Shown here in pieces: positions 34,938-46,295 of a DNA stretch of 64,000 nucleotides; position 1 is the stretch's first letter, and each line of letters opens with the position of its first letter. Source of the stretch: Flectonema sp. DT1601 (Eukaryota); NCBI GenBank assembly GCA_964019425.1, contig OZ025788.1, forward strand, positions 992,001-1,056,000. The letters run 5' to 3'. Made by a program: the position numbers and the translations under genes. Under the pieces are notes generated by a model. That model searched no databases. It saw nothing but the letters and a program-made list of their open reading frames with translations, and was not told the origin of the DNA.

Positions 34938-37277
34938 TCAAAGGAAAGAGGAAAATAAATTGACCTTGACACGAGTGGTATCACTAAGAACAACAATTGA
35001 CTGATAAGCCAAAAACAATATTGAAACACTCATTGCTACTGCCAAAGGAAGGAATAGTTGCCCACCAGTGGCAGTGAGAACTTTTCTTTTTTGTTCTGAG
35101 AGATCCATCTTTAAGACTGTCTTTGGCCATCCGTGTTTCAAATGAATTAAAATAGCACAAAACGCTGTGATATACAATGCTACTTGAGCAGGGTCCTGAA
35201 AGAGTTGTAATTGCGCTGAATACACATCACGGATACCATCCTTTGTAACAATAGCATCGTTCCATGCAAAATGGTAATAGTGTGCAAATAAGAAGAATGT
35301 GATGAAGATTCCAGAGTACAGCAACTTACCAGACGATGGATTGTTCAAAAAGAATCTCATTTTCGACTTACTCAAATACATTGCCGCCGCACCGTGAATC
35401 AAGAACGCTGCAAGAATAATTTTCTCCGTTATAAAATGGATTGGACTCTTTCTGATGTTGTGATAAATAAAATTGGATTTATCCTTTCCAAAGTAAACAC
35501 TACAGTTAGTGACTGTGTGACAAAACAAATATAATATAAGAAAAACAGCTGATCTGTGAAGCATTGCAGATGTGGTGTTTGGAGCTTTAGTTTTCTTTTT
35601 TAAGAATGACAGAAGCTGCTGAAAAAACAACGGGTAGTTGAATGATGATGTAGTCCCACCCATGGAGTTGAGTTGGCTTTGAAGTTTTGCAATTTCAGAG
35701 GCGATTTCTTCGCGAGTTTTTGTCTCAGGCAATGCTGGGGATCTGACATTCTTTTGACTAGCCTTACTTGCAAAAGGACTTGCAGGGATTGGTGCTACGT
35801 CAGTGTGTCTCCTTAAGGATTCAATGTCGATCATTGTTGGTCGTAGGTCTTTAATACTACGTGCGCCAATGAGTTGCATGGCCTTTATGAATTCCTCTTT
35901 TAATACAGCAAGCATCTTTGCGATACCATCATCACCATACGCAGACATACTGTAGACTGCTGGCTTACCAAGTCCTACTCCAGTTGCTCCAAGGCAAAGT
36001 GCCTTTACGATGTCTGTTCCTCGACGGATTCCACCATCGATGTAAACTTCAATCTTGTCGGCTAGTCCTCGTTCACGAAGTGCTGCCATGACTTCTGGAA
36101 GTATCTCAATACCAGATCTAGAAGTGTCAAGGTTACGACCACCGTGATTAGATAAGATTATCGCTTTACATCCTCTCTCAGCTGCTTCTACAGCATCATC
36201 ACCACATTGAACACCTTTCAGTACAATTGGGATGTCTGTGTTGTTTTTAAACCACGTTAAGTCTTCCCAGTTCAATGAAGGATCTCTGTTGGCATAATTT
36301 CCAGCCTTTCTTGGTTTAGCATCAGTTGCTGCAGACTTTTGTTGAGATTGTTGTCCCAAAGTCATCGCTATTTTATTTCTTAAATCACGTTCACGCTTTC
36401 CTGGTACAGCGCTGTCTACTGTAATACAAAGAGCCTTGATGTCGTGAGTTTTGAGATCTTTTAATTGAGAAAGAACAACATTCTTATCAGGGTTTACGTA
36501 AATCTGAAACCAACTTTTATGACCTTCCTTAGCAGAGTTAGCAATATCAGAGAAGCTTTTTGATGATAAGTTCGGAATCATAAATGGTACGTTAGCCATT
36601 CCTGCAGCACGCATCCAAGCGCACTCTCCGTCTTCATGACCCATTCCACACATAGCAACAGCCGAGAGATAAACAGGAAAGTCAGAATTAAATCCGAGCA
36701 TTGTCTGCCTTGTTTCAACATCTTTAACGTCTACCATGATACGTGGTTTCAGCCAAATTCTTTGAAAGACATTAACGTTCTCATTGTAAGTAAGTTCATC
36801 ATCAGCTCCAGAGGAGTAGTAGTCCCAGGCTTGTTTCTTTCCAGTGAGAATCATCTTTTTTTGAGCGACTGCTTCAAAGTCGTGAAGGTTAAGAACTGCT
36901 CCAAGAGGTGGGATCTCATCAGCTGATAATTCTGGTGCTGGTCCTGCCTGAGCAGCCTTCTTGATAGCTGTGTCTGGAACAGTTACCATGTCAACCTCAC
37001 CCTTGAAACACTTTTCAAGTCCTTTCACGCCAAGTGTCAAAGTCATAATACTTTCAGGATGTGCGTGCAAGAAGGAGTCAGTTGCATTAAAACCAGCCTG
37101 TTCAGTAATTACTCCCTCTCCTCCTGGATGTTCCTTTGCGAAATCTGTTAAGTCGTAAACCTTCCCACAGATAATCATCCAGCAGTCACCTGCTGTGTTG
37201 TGTTCTTTGACTTCTTGGTAAGATATCTTTCCTGGAGAGAGCATCCCCATAGCACGTGGTGAGAAGTCTTTCGGCAT
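34938..37277 (-). CDS. Flavocytochrome b2-like protein (cytochrome b5 plus FMN alpha-hydroxy-acid dehydrogenase) fused to an SdhC b558-type cytochrome b membrane domain
   Basis: b5 domain: GKVYDLT.F..EHPGG (H50) and H73. FMN domain: YYSSGADDE, FQIY, TVD, IVLKG, SNHGGR (H378/R381), DGGIRRGTD. Residues ~572-760 form five hydrophobic helices with H574, H587, H628, H666, H712. Confidence 0.9.
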   Translation of the reverse strand: MPKDFSPRAMGMLSPGKISYQEVKEHNTAGDCWMIICGKVYDLTDFAKEHPGGEGVITEQAGFNATDSFLHAHPESIMTLTLGVKGLEKCFKGEVDMVTVPDTAIKKAAQAGPAPELSADEIPPLGAVLNLHDFEAVAQKKMILTGKKQAWDYYSSGADDELTYNENVNVFQRIWLKPRIMVDVKDVETRQTMLGFNSDFPVYLSAVAMCGMGHEDGECAWMRAAGMANVPFMIPNLSSKSFSDIANSAKEGHKSWFQIYVNPDKNVVLSQLKDLKTHDIKALCITVDSAVPGKRERDLRNKIAMTLGQQSQQKSAATDAKPRKAGNYANRDPSLNWEDLTWFKNNTDIPIVLKGVQCGDDAVEAAERGCKAIILSNHGGRNLDTSRSGIEILPEVMAALRERGLADKIEVYIDGGIRRGTDIVKALCLGATGVGLGKPAVYSMSAYGDDGIAKMLAVLKEEFIKAMQLIGARSIKDLRPTMIDIESLRRHTDVAPIPASPFASKASQKNVRSPALPETKTREEIASEIAKLQSQLNSMGGTTSSFNYPLFFQQLLSFLKKKTKAPNTTSAMLHRSAVFLILYLFCHTVTNCSVYFGKDKSNFIYHNIRKSPIHFITEKIILAAFLIHGAAAMYLSKSKMRFFLNNPSSGKLLYSGIFITFFLFAHYYHFAWNDAIVTKDGIRDVYSAQLQLFQDPAQVALYITAFCAILIHLKHGWPKTVLKMDLSEQKRKVLTATGGQLFLPLAVAMSVSILFLAYQSIVVLSDTTRVKVNLFSSFL

Positions 37278-37954
37278 TTTTCCCGTAACTTTTTCAAATA
37301 GGTGCCTGAGAATTAATGTAAATAAACATCCATCGCCAACAAAAACACGTCCACCGTATCCTGTACAGCTTTAGATAATAGTATGAACTAGTTGAGTAGT
37401 GTCACGCTGTGCGTCTTTTTTTTTTTTTTTTTCTTTTTTTTGTGTTTTGAATGTGATTCAAATATCATAGCTAATCATCGCTATCGAACACACGACCGAC
37501 TACAAGTATCAACTCATAACTTGAAAAGGGGGAAAGAAACAGTTTGCGAAATACGCAAACTCCTCGAAGTCCAGCAAGAAAACATAAACAGGCTTTTTAC
37601 GCATCACACGGATATGTCAACAAAAAGAGCGACGGTGGAACATACAGAAGCCCGAATTCTCTTGATATTTCAAAAGCAAGAATACATACGCAACCCCCAT
37701 TACTCACCAGTCTGTAAAAGACTTGTTTTAAGTGATGGCAATGGGGGAATAGCGCATTGGTAAGGTTGACTGACTTATTCGTTTGTTTCCCTATTCTAAA
37801 TATTCTCACAAAGGAAATAATAACTTATCGGTTGCGTGTAATGTTATTTTATTTATTTATTTTTTCCTCATGTCTGTCGAAGCTTTTAAAAAAGAAAATA
37901 CTTAGCATCACGTAAATAAAAACAATAAAATAAAAAAATTCGGCACCAGTTTGC

Positions 37955-38049
37955 TCACAATTGTTCCCTCAGACCTTTTATACCAAATAATATCACAACT
38001 GTTACCTCAGACCTTTTATACCAAATAATATCACAACTGTTCCCTCAGA
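37955..38049. repeat. 38-bp tandem repeat, 2.5 copies
   Basis: Unit TCACAA(T/C)TGTT(C/A)CCTCAGACCTTTTATACCAAATAATA starts at 37955, 37993 and 38031 (partial). Units are contiguous. Confidence 0.9.
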
Positions 38050-38826
38050 ACAAGAGATCACTTGGTGTTTTCTCGTTTACACAAAGAATATTTTTAACAG
38101 AAATCATTAGGTAAAAAGAGGTACAAGAACTGGAGGGAATTAACTGTTCGATTTTGTACGTAAAATAATACAACACATTTGTATCATAAACAACATAACG
38201 ATAATTTAACATTAGTTCTGAGATACAGTGACTAAAGGTAATGTTAGTGTATACACTCTGCGATTGACGTAAATACTTTACATTATAATAAATGTTTCTA
38301 ACTTAGCTGCATACACAACTCTTTTTCCGTGTTGTCATTCAGTGCAGTACGGAATCGAGTTATTCAATTACGAATTAATAGTGAGCCCTGGGAAACCAAG
38401 AACTGGGGGGAGAGAGGCGATAACACAACAAACGATAAATTGACCTTAGTAGACATGTGCAGTATACTACACTGCTGGATTCGTTAACCGAACACAGCGG
38501 GTGCTACGATTGGATGACACGTGCAAAACAACTTATCAAAAAAAAAAAAAAAAAAAAAAAAAAAGTGCTACTAATAGCACACGCACTAATGTCAGGACAA
38601 AAAGAAAATATATTCCGAGAAACAAACAAACAAACACCAAGTGTGATTAGTAAGAATGTAATTAATTATGAACTGATGCATTCACGCACTCTTATCTATG
38701 GATGCGACGCTGTTATTCGATGACTGAGAAGTCACAAGACAGGTATTTGATTCGATTGTCGACATAAAATCACATCCAACTAAACTAATATTGAAAACGT
38801 ATTCACAATAATGAGAATCATATTTA

Positions 38827-40241
38827 TTAGTTGAGAAGTTCTTCACCCTCGTCGTCTGTTCCGTTTTCGTGAATATCAAAACACCAGTTGCTTATAAACC
38901 ATATGATTGTAGCTACCCAAGATAGGACAGCTACGTATTGAAAATTTGTTGATATTTGTGTTAAGATAGCTCCAAAGACCTGAATCCACCATTCAACAGC
39001 TCCACCAGACCAAGAATGTGAAATAGGATGAACACAAGCACATGCTCTGGAGAGAGCAGGTCCAATGAACCCCAATGAAGTAATCCCCGAGATACTCATC
39101 AATACCAAGTACATTATAAACACAGTATGTTTACTGAAATGACTCTCAACGTGAGATACCACAACAATCAGAGTCAAACTAATGGAGCAAACAAGAAAAC
39201 AAACTGAGAGAAAAGTATTAACATATTTCTTACTAACAAACGCTCCAAAAAGTAAACCTCCAGTTACACCTGAAAAGACGAATGCGAAGTTAGTCCAAGC
39301 AGTTTGATGATTACTGAAGGAAACCTTGTTGTCATCACTTCCGAAAACTTCTCCCTGAACAGCAGGGATGGCAAAACTAATGCCACCAATAGCAGAGTAT
39401 ATCGCTAATTGGATTATAAAAGATTTACTTGACCACAAGTGTTTCATAACAAATATAAATTCTTTAATAAAACCAGTCTGTGCAACAACACTTTCCTTAT
39501 CATTATTTGAAGGAGGGACTTCCTCATCATTCACTTCCTCAACAAGTCCTGGTGGTGCTTCTCTGTGAAAGAGGACGAATAAAACTAATGAACAGGAAAC
39601 AACAAATGCCTGAATGAGCATTAACTTCTTAAAGTCGTCTGGTGTATTTACAATGTACGGCAGGAGGACTGCTCCTGCACACCAACCAGCGTAATTAGCC
39701 TGGACACCAATTGACGTTGCAAGAGATCTTTCCTCTTTTCGAAACCAAGTTCCCGGAACATTCGAAACTGAAGTAATAATAACAGCAGCTGAAAGACCAA
39801 TTAGAATAGAGCTAGCTAAAGCCACAACATAACTTCCAGTAATGGCTGAGACATAGCGAAGCCAAGCTCCAGCAACGTTGCAAAATACTCCCATTCCGGT
39901 GATGAAATAATTCTTTCTTGACAACAAATACGAAGCCGGAAACGCATAAGGCAATACAGCTAACAATGACGCACTGTACAACCAGTTTAGCGTCCCATCT
40001 GACAAAGGGTGCTCCTTGGATCCCCAGACTTCCTCGGTAACACTGTTGGTAGTGAGTTATGCTAACAATTAACAAAACAAATCAAAAAAAAAACTTTTTT
40101 TTAAAAAAAAAAAAAAAAAAAGACATACTCCTCAACCGTAGATATATTCATAAACATGAAACTATTGCAACAAGTATTAAAGCTAAACGCCAACAAAACT
40201 AACCATTTCTGATAACTCGGATAGGTAGTCGAACGATCCAT
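38827..40241 (-). CDS. MFS transporter, SLC49 (FLVCR/DIRC2)-like, 2 exons
   Basis: KWLVLLAFS..N, NVAGAWLRY, WF..EERSLATSIG..ANYAG; about 12 hydrophobic segments. Intron 40043-40128 joins the two ORFs. Confidence 0.8.
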
Positions 40242-40439
40242 GTCTGAGGTGTATGGTTTATTTACTGTAAATAAATAATAAACAAAAGAGACGTACTTCT
40301 CGATTAGTGGGAGTTTACCCATCTCTGAGCAAAGTGTGTATTATTCACAAAACAATAGGGAGATGTAGGAATGGAGAACAAAAACTCATAAAACAGATAA
40401 TAAAATAGTCGTATCCAAAATCAACGACTGTTAAGGACG

Positions 40440-41868
40440 TTAGATGCGCGGATCATCCCCTAGGAACTCGTTTTCAAATTGCGTACTGTAGAATATCTGT
40501 CTCCTCAATTTATAGTCTTCATCTTTTAATAATTTCTTTATAAGAGTTCTTGCTGAAGGAAGTTCAGCTAACAATCGTATGCACTGATTGGTATTGATAC
40601 AAACAGCTGTTAGGTTCTTGAACTCAGTCTCACTCTCTGGTGGGATTGCAGCACCTGATTTCTGAGCCCTCAGCAGTGGTTCGTAAAGACTGTTTGCCTG
40701 CTTAAGTAATTTTAAAAATAAAAACTGAAGATCAATCGTCTCTCCGTTTATTAGTTGAGGAGGTGTATAAATACTTTTGACTGCAGTGTGTTTTATCTCA
40801 GCTTTAACTAACAATGTTGACAGAGCACCTGTTACAGCTGCTTTGACGTGACTGAGTCTGTCAGGATATGTAACAAGTTGATGTAGTAGTGTTCCAAGGG
40901 TTTGAGGAACAAGAGGAACTTCACAAGCAACATCCTTACCAAGGTTATCTAAGGCTACATTCCATACGACAGTAACAGCTTTGTGAACTATTTCAGTTGA
41001 TTTAGTATCGAAAAGCCAATTATCACTTTTTGAGTTTACGAATTTATCGATAATTCTATTCAAGTCTCTAAAGATTGCTTCACAGAGTGCATGTTGTAAA
41101 CCTCTCTCAACAGTAGTCATTGAGTCTAAACAACAAAGTGCTGATAGTTGTAAGTCTGCGTTATCTACACTCAGACTGTCACATAACTTTGATACGATTC
41201 TCTTTCCTTGTTCAGATCGTTTGAACAGAATCTCATCTCGCTTTTCTGGGTCTTCAATTCTATTGGCTGGGTCGACGATGCTTGTGGACATCATTCCTGT
41301 TTTTAATTTATAAAGTATTGTGAAAGGATGTGATAAGTGTAATAAGAATAGAAAACATACCTTCAGGTGGCTGCTCATCCAGTAGCAGTGCTCTGCCATT
41401 CCAAACGTCAGCAATTTGACGGATTGCGTCAGCAGCTGCAACTTTACACTTTAAATCATCTTGCTTCTCAAGGATATCAACCACAGTAGTACAACAACCT
41501 CCATAATACATTGCTGCTAATGATGTTGGTAACATTGCAAGCTGACGACATATTTGTGATACTAATTTATCGCATTTCACTGATGTCTTTAGTGCGACTT
41601 CATTCAGAGCTTCGATAAGATCATATTTAACGAGCCTGGACTTCATGTCTGCTGAGCTCAATTGACAAAGTATGTGATTTAGTGCTCTTTCTTTATCGGA
41701 AGCATTCTTGTTTGGATTTCGGACTGTGGAGATTGAATCGCGTACTCCGTTCAGTCCAAAGCCACAACCTCCTCCTCTGACACTTACTTTTGTATAGTCA
41801 CAGCTGTATGGATGTCGATCTCGTAGAGCATCAGACACCTGATGGGAAGTGCTTCCATCGATATCCAT
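40440..41868 (-). CDS. Armadillo-repeat protein, radial spoke head 14 (RSPH14)-like, 2 exons
   Basis: Helical ARM-like repeats; VKAAVTGAL and IRLLAELPSAR resemble the RSPH14 C-terminus. Intron 41297-41360 (GAAG|GTATGT..AAAAACAG|GA). Confidence 0.6.
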
Positions 41869-42122
41869 ATTGTTATTCAGTCCTTTTGAATAATAATAAA
41901 AAACAAACTTCTATCAAAACTCACTAATTGTGGCCTCGTATGACTCATCAATACACGTTGATGGCGATCCACTTTTTTTCTTTTTCTTCATTTTTTTTTT
42001 TCTTTTTTTTCTGCTGCAAGATTATTGTTCATTTGAACGGAAACAATATTCCTGAAATCCACTTTTTTTTTTTTTTTTTTTTTTTTTGCCACTCCGAATA
42101 TTTTCTTTAATCTAAAGAAAAA

Positions 42123-43940
42123 CTACAGCTTGCTAGTAAATCCGTATAATTCAGGTTTGTACCACTGTTTGATTACTTCATTAATTAAGACGGCTAGCTG
42201 GTCTTTACCATCACTGCTGTTGGATACTAATTCTGAGTAATATTTAATTTTTGGTTCCGTTCCAGAAGTTCTAATAGTGACAACAGCACCATTCGCAAAT
42301 GTGAAGGAAATCATGTTCGCTGGAGACCAATCTTCTACACTAGTGACATCAATGTTAGCAAGAGACTTTGGGTGAGTCGACGTGTTATTCCAATTGCGAA
42401 GTGCTGCAAACATCGCATCAGTTTTTGTAGAAGATGGGGATAGTAAATAGCCGTTCTGAGTCGTATGTTGACCATATTTTTTACTCAACTCTGAAACATA
42501 CTGCTTTAGTGTACTTCCGTTGGAGTAGGTCTCACCAATTAGTTGAGCTGCGAATATCGCTGCAGAAACACCGTCCTTGTCTTGGACACCTGGAGGTCCG
42601 ACCATGTACCCTAAGGCCTCTTCGAAGGCAAACAGTATGTGATTTTTTGGATTTTCAAGAAGTAAATCCCTCGCCTTCCCTCCAATATATTTAAACCCAG
42701 TGAGAGTAGTGTGGTGTGTGAAGCCTTCTTTTGTTGCCATAGTTCCTAAGAATCTGCTACTCACAATACTTGCAATAGTGTGACATGAAGACAATGGGAT
42801 GTTTGGATTTTGTTGTTTAAATATTTGAACAGAGTACGCACCTAACATGGTACCGATGTCATTCCCAGAGAATCGATGCCATGACTCATCTGATGGCGAG
42901 TATTCTGCGATTGCTAAACGATCAGCATCGGGATCGTTTGCAAGAACAACACGACATCCGTTTTTTTCAGCAAATTTCATCGCCAGATTCAACACGCCCT
43001 TCTCTTCAGGATTTGGGAAACTCGCTGTTGGGAAATCCGGATTTGGATCACCCTGCTCTGGAACCACTAGTAACTCTGCTAATCCATCGTACCTTTCAAA
43101 AGCTTTCTTTACAACTTCTGTTCCAACTCCATGAACTGGAGTATAAACAATTCTCCCAGCAGAATATTTCATAGGCTGGATCTGAGTGTGTAAGTTCTCA
43201 ATGTACTGAAATACTTGTGCGTCGTAAAATGGAGTTTTTCCACCTGAAGGAGATTTTAAAAACCCACCTCTGGAACTGATATATGTTGGCAAACTGATAG
43301 GTAGTCGAGACTGTGGTGTGGAAGCGTATTTTTGAACTGGTTTTTGATCAGTCTGAGTGAAGGCAGCAGACCAAGGCTGGCGATTAGAATTAATAAACTT
43401 CTCAATGTGTGAATCTAAAGGTGGTGATATCTGAACACCATCAGACCAGTAAAGTTTATAACCATTATCAGTCTTTGGATTATGAGATGCTGTGATCATT
43501 ATTCCAAAATCAGCACCTTTTTGTATTACCGCAAACGGCACAAGTGGAGTTGGTACTATCTTCTCAAACAGGTAGACGTCTCCTCCGGCAAACTCAACAA
43601 CTTTTTTTGTAATTGTCGCCCATCTGTCAGAGTTATACCTTGCATCGTATCCAATTACACATGTTATTTTTGTTTTCTTTGTGACTTCTTTAATGTACGC
43701 AGCCACTCCTTGTGTTGCCTGAATAATCGTCAAATCGTTCATCCGACTCGGACCGGGTCCCATCTGAGATCGGAGTCCAGCTGTTCCGAATCGCATGGCC
43801 TTTGATGGATCGAACATTTGATTTAATTCCTTAATGTTTTTATCTTTAACAGCTCTCTCGATTTCACTTCGTGTCAATGCGTTTGGATCCCATTTCAACC
43901 ATTGAGAAGCATAAGAATATAGCTCTTCTGGTGTAGACAT
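42123..43940 (-). CDS. PGM2: Phosphoglucomutase-2/phosphopentomutase family phosphohexomutase
   Basis: FGTAGLR, catalytic TASHNP, metal loop DPDADR, FEEALG, RTSGTEPKIKYY. ATG at 43940. Confidence 0.92.
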   Translation of the reverse strand: MSTPEELYSYASQWLKWDPNALTRSEIERAVKDKNIKELNQMFDPSKAMRFGTAGLRSQMGPGPSRMNDLTIIQATQGVAAYIKEVTKKTKITCVIGYDARYNSDRWATITKKVVEFAGGDVYLFEKIVPTPLVPFAVIQKGADFGIMITASHNPKTDNGYKLYWSDGVQISPPLDSHIEKFINSNRQPWSAAFTQTDQKPVQKYASTPQSRLPISLPTYISSRGGFLKSPSGGKTPFYDAQVFQYIENLHTQIQPMKYSAGRIVYTPVHGVGTEVVKKAFERYDGLAELLVVPEQGDPNPDFPTASFPNPEEKGVLNLAMKFAEKNGCRVVLANDPDADRLAIAEYSPSDESWHRFSGNDIGTMLGAYSVQIFKQQNPNIPLSSCHTIASIVSSRFLGTMATKEGFTHHTTLTGFKYIGGKARDLLLENPKNHILFAFEEALGYMVGPPGVQDKDGVSAAIFAAQLIGETYSNGSTLKQYVSELSKKYGQHTTQNGYLLSPSSTKTDAMFAALRNWNNTSTHPKSLANIDVTSVEDWSPANMISFTFANGAVVTIRTSGTEPKIKYYSELVSNSSDGKDQLAVLINEVIKQWYKPELYGFTSKL

Positions 43941-44046
43941 GTTGAACTGCTGATTGAGGGGAAACAAAAACTTTTATAAAAAAAAAAAAATATATAAAAA
44001 AAAATCCCAAATACATTAACAAAGAAAAATACTTTTTATTCTCCCA

Positions 44047-44424
44047 TTATAAATCATCATCATACGAAGACTGCCATTGTTTTACGATAATAATAAATTC
44101 CTCATAAGCAGTTCCCGCAAATATGTACGGCGCGCAAACCAATTCATCATTTGCATCGCTAATTGAGAATAGCTCTTTCGCTAGTCCTTCCATTGTTAAA
44201 ATATCATTTGTTTTAAAGAGCGGATCTAATATATCATTTTCAATCATGTCGCAGTATTTCTTATAAATTTCTGTATAAACATGTTGGTGTTCCCGATTGC
44301 TATCAGTATCAATAAATACAGTATTAACCATTGCTATTTCATGCATGAATCTACTAATACATTGCTGGACAGCATCACTACGAAAGTGATCCTCAACTAT
44401 TTCTATAGAGGATGATAAAGGCAT
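44047..44424 (-). CDS. BART/ARL2-binding domain protein
   Basis: FM..F.D..EHQHVYTEIYKKYCDMIE..L..AYEEF pattern of the ARL2_Bind_BART family; about 125 aa. Confidence 0.65.
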   Translation of the reverse strand: MPLSSSIEIVEDHFRSDAVQQCISRFMHEIAMVNTVFIDTDSNREHQHVYTEIYKKYCDMIENDILDPLFKTNDILTMEGLAKELFSISDANDELVCAPYIFAGTAYEEFIIIVKQWQSSYDDDL

Positions 44425-44777
44425 CTTATGATATGAAATAATCACTGGAGGGTGTAAATTAAATAATAATTTTTTTTGTTTGATCAATCGTCCATTGTAT
44501 CTGTTACGTAATATCTGTTTGGAAGAAAAAGAAGAAAAATAATTAGTTTAAATTGATATTTTCGAAGTGTTTTTAAGTCTCAACAGACTAGCTGGATTAC
44601 TGAAATCGAGTTTGTAACTAACGCGATGGAATTCAACGAGGGGGTAGAAAAAAAACCGATGAGCAAGAACAGGACAACATCCTTACTTGACAGGCGAACG
44701 TAGCATCATTTGGTAAGTGTAACCGTCCACACTCACTATAAGTCGTTGTTGCAAATATCTTATAAGTAATAAAACAA

Positions 44778-45057
44778 TTACTTACCACCACCACTACCTC
44801 CTCCCATTTTTAATGAGTGCCCAAGAGCGACCTGTTTTATTTAATTTTGCTTATTCAAACAAAGCGTGATTATTAAAAATAGAGCAGCATACCTTATGCT
44901 CGATATTTGAATTGAGTGCTCTTATACCTAACACAAGCTGAGCATTCTCTTGTTTAAGCGCCTTATTGCGATCCATTGCTTGACCGAAAAATGAGTCTAA
45001 CTCTTTCCCGAGAGTCACTGGTAACTTGATTACTTTTTTAACTTTTTGAGCCGGCAT
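44778..45057 (-). CDS. Small (72 aa) coiled-coil protein of unknown function, 2 exons
   Basis: MPAQKVKK..NKALKQENAQLVLGIRALN, then a typical intron 44832-44892 (GTATGC..AAATAAAACAG), giving VALGHSLKMGGGSGGGK*. Confidence 0.55.
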
Positions 45058-46165
45058 TTTGATGTGTGTAGTGTAGCTTTGTGGTTTTATTATAATAAAA
45101 TAAAAAAAAAACGTAAATTATTTAATTTAACCCCGACAGAAATATTGAAAAACCAAAGCCAATAGACTATTTGAACTTGGTAGAATGACAACAACTTACA
45201 AACACAATATGAATCTTAATAAGATAGAAGTAGGAACAGAGAAATAGAAAAAGTTGGTTTGCTCTCTCTGCAGAAATATTTCTCATTCCCTTTTTTTTTT
45301 TTTTTTTTTTCTTATGGGGAAAGTAAAAAATTTAATCACGTCTCTTCATCTTTTTTAGGAAAAACTAGTGTTATTATCTTTCACTTGTTTGAATCTCGTC
45401 GATGTCTTCTACATCGCAATCTTTTTTTTTTTTTTTAAAAAAAAATGAAACCACCGATTAGATCCGAGTTGGGGGGAAAAACAAGAACACGCAGTTGTCT
45501 TTTACTCACAGAAAAAACATGAAAAGAACGCATAAAGATCGCTGTGGGAAAGAGCTCAAAGTACCACAATAAGTATCAATCCTGCCTGGGAAGCACAAGA
45601 CGAGATAGCTGTAAGGGCAGAAGACAAAACAAGATAAAGTGAATGGGGAAATAAAATAAACTTTGTCTGTGAATACAATTTCAGACATCTGCTTTGAAAT
45701 CGAAAAAGGTCAACACAACCTTTTCTAAATGGAAAGGACACTGCGAGTCTTCACTATGATTGCGCAGCCTAAATGATGGGAATTTTTTTTTAACTCTTAG
45801 CTCGTAAAAATTGCTGGAATTTGAATGACACAGGAAAACGGGAGAACAATAAAAAAAAAAAAAAAAAAAATGACTTCTTTACAAAGACAGCGAGGAGTGA
45901 AAGAAAAAAAGTTTTTTTTCCGTTCTTTATACCATATCTGGAATTTCCAGTTCTGCGATTCGCTTGAAAAAAAAATTCTCTAAATTCAAATTCTGTTGTT
46001 TTTTTTTATTGGCCCACCTTTGATTGATGTCTCTGTGGGAGTTTTTTTTTTTTTTTTTTTTTTTTCTTTTTTTCCCCTTCCTCAAAAACATAGAACACCA
46101 TCCCAGGTTAGTATTTATGTTCATTAGCTAATTCAGAGAAACCCCACAAAAAACCATTCAGATAA

Positions 46166-46295
46166 GCCTTATTATATTTTGTTGATCGCAGCTAGTTTTA
46201 CTGACGCACAGGGAAATAGATAACATAACATAATAAATAAACGGCTCTTAATCTGAATAGTTTCTTCTCCGACTTCGTCGGTGCAAAAAAAAAAA
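46166..46295. repeat. Dispersed element copy 2 (hairpin CCGAC-TTC-GTCGG plus poly-A)
   Basis: Homologous to 15330-15462, same orientation. Confidence 0.8.

Noticed and set aside
37955..38049. CRISPR-like repeat size
   Set aside because: Units are contiguous with no spacers, the context is eukaryotic, and there are no cas genes.
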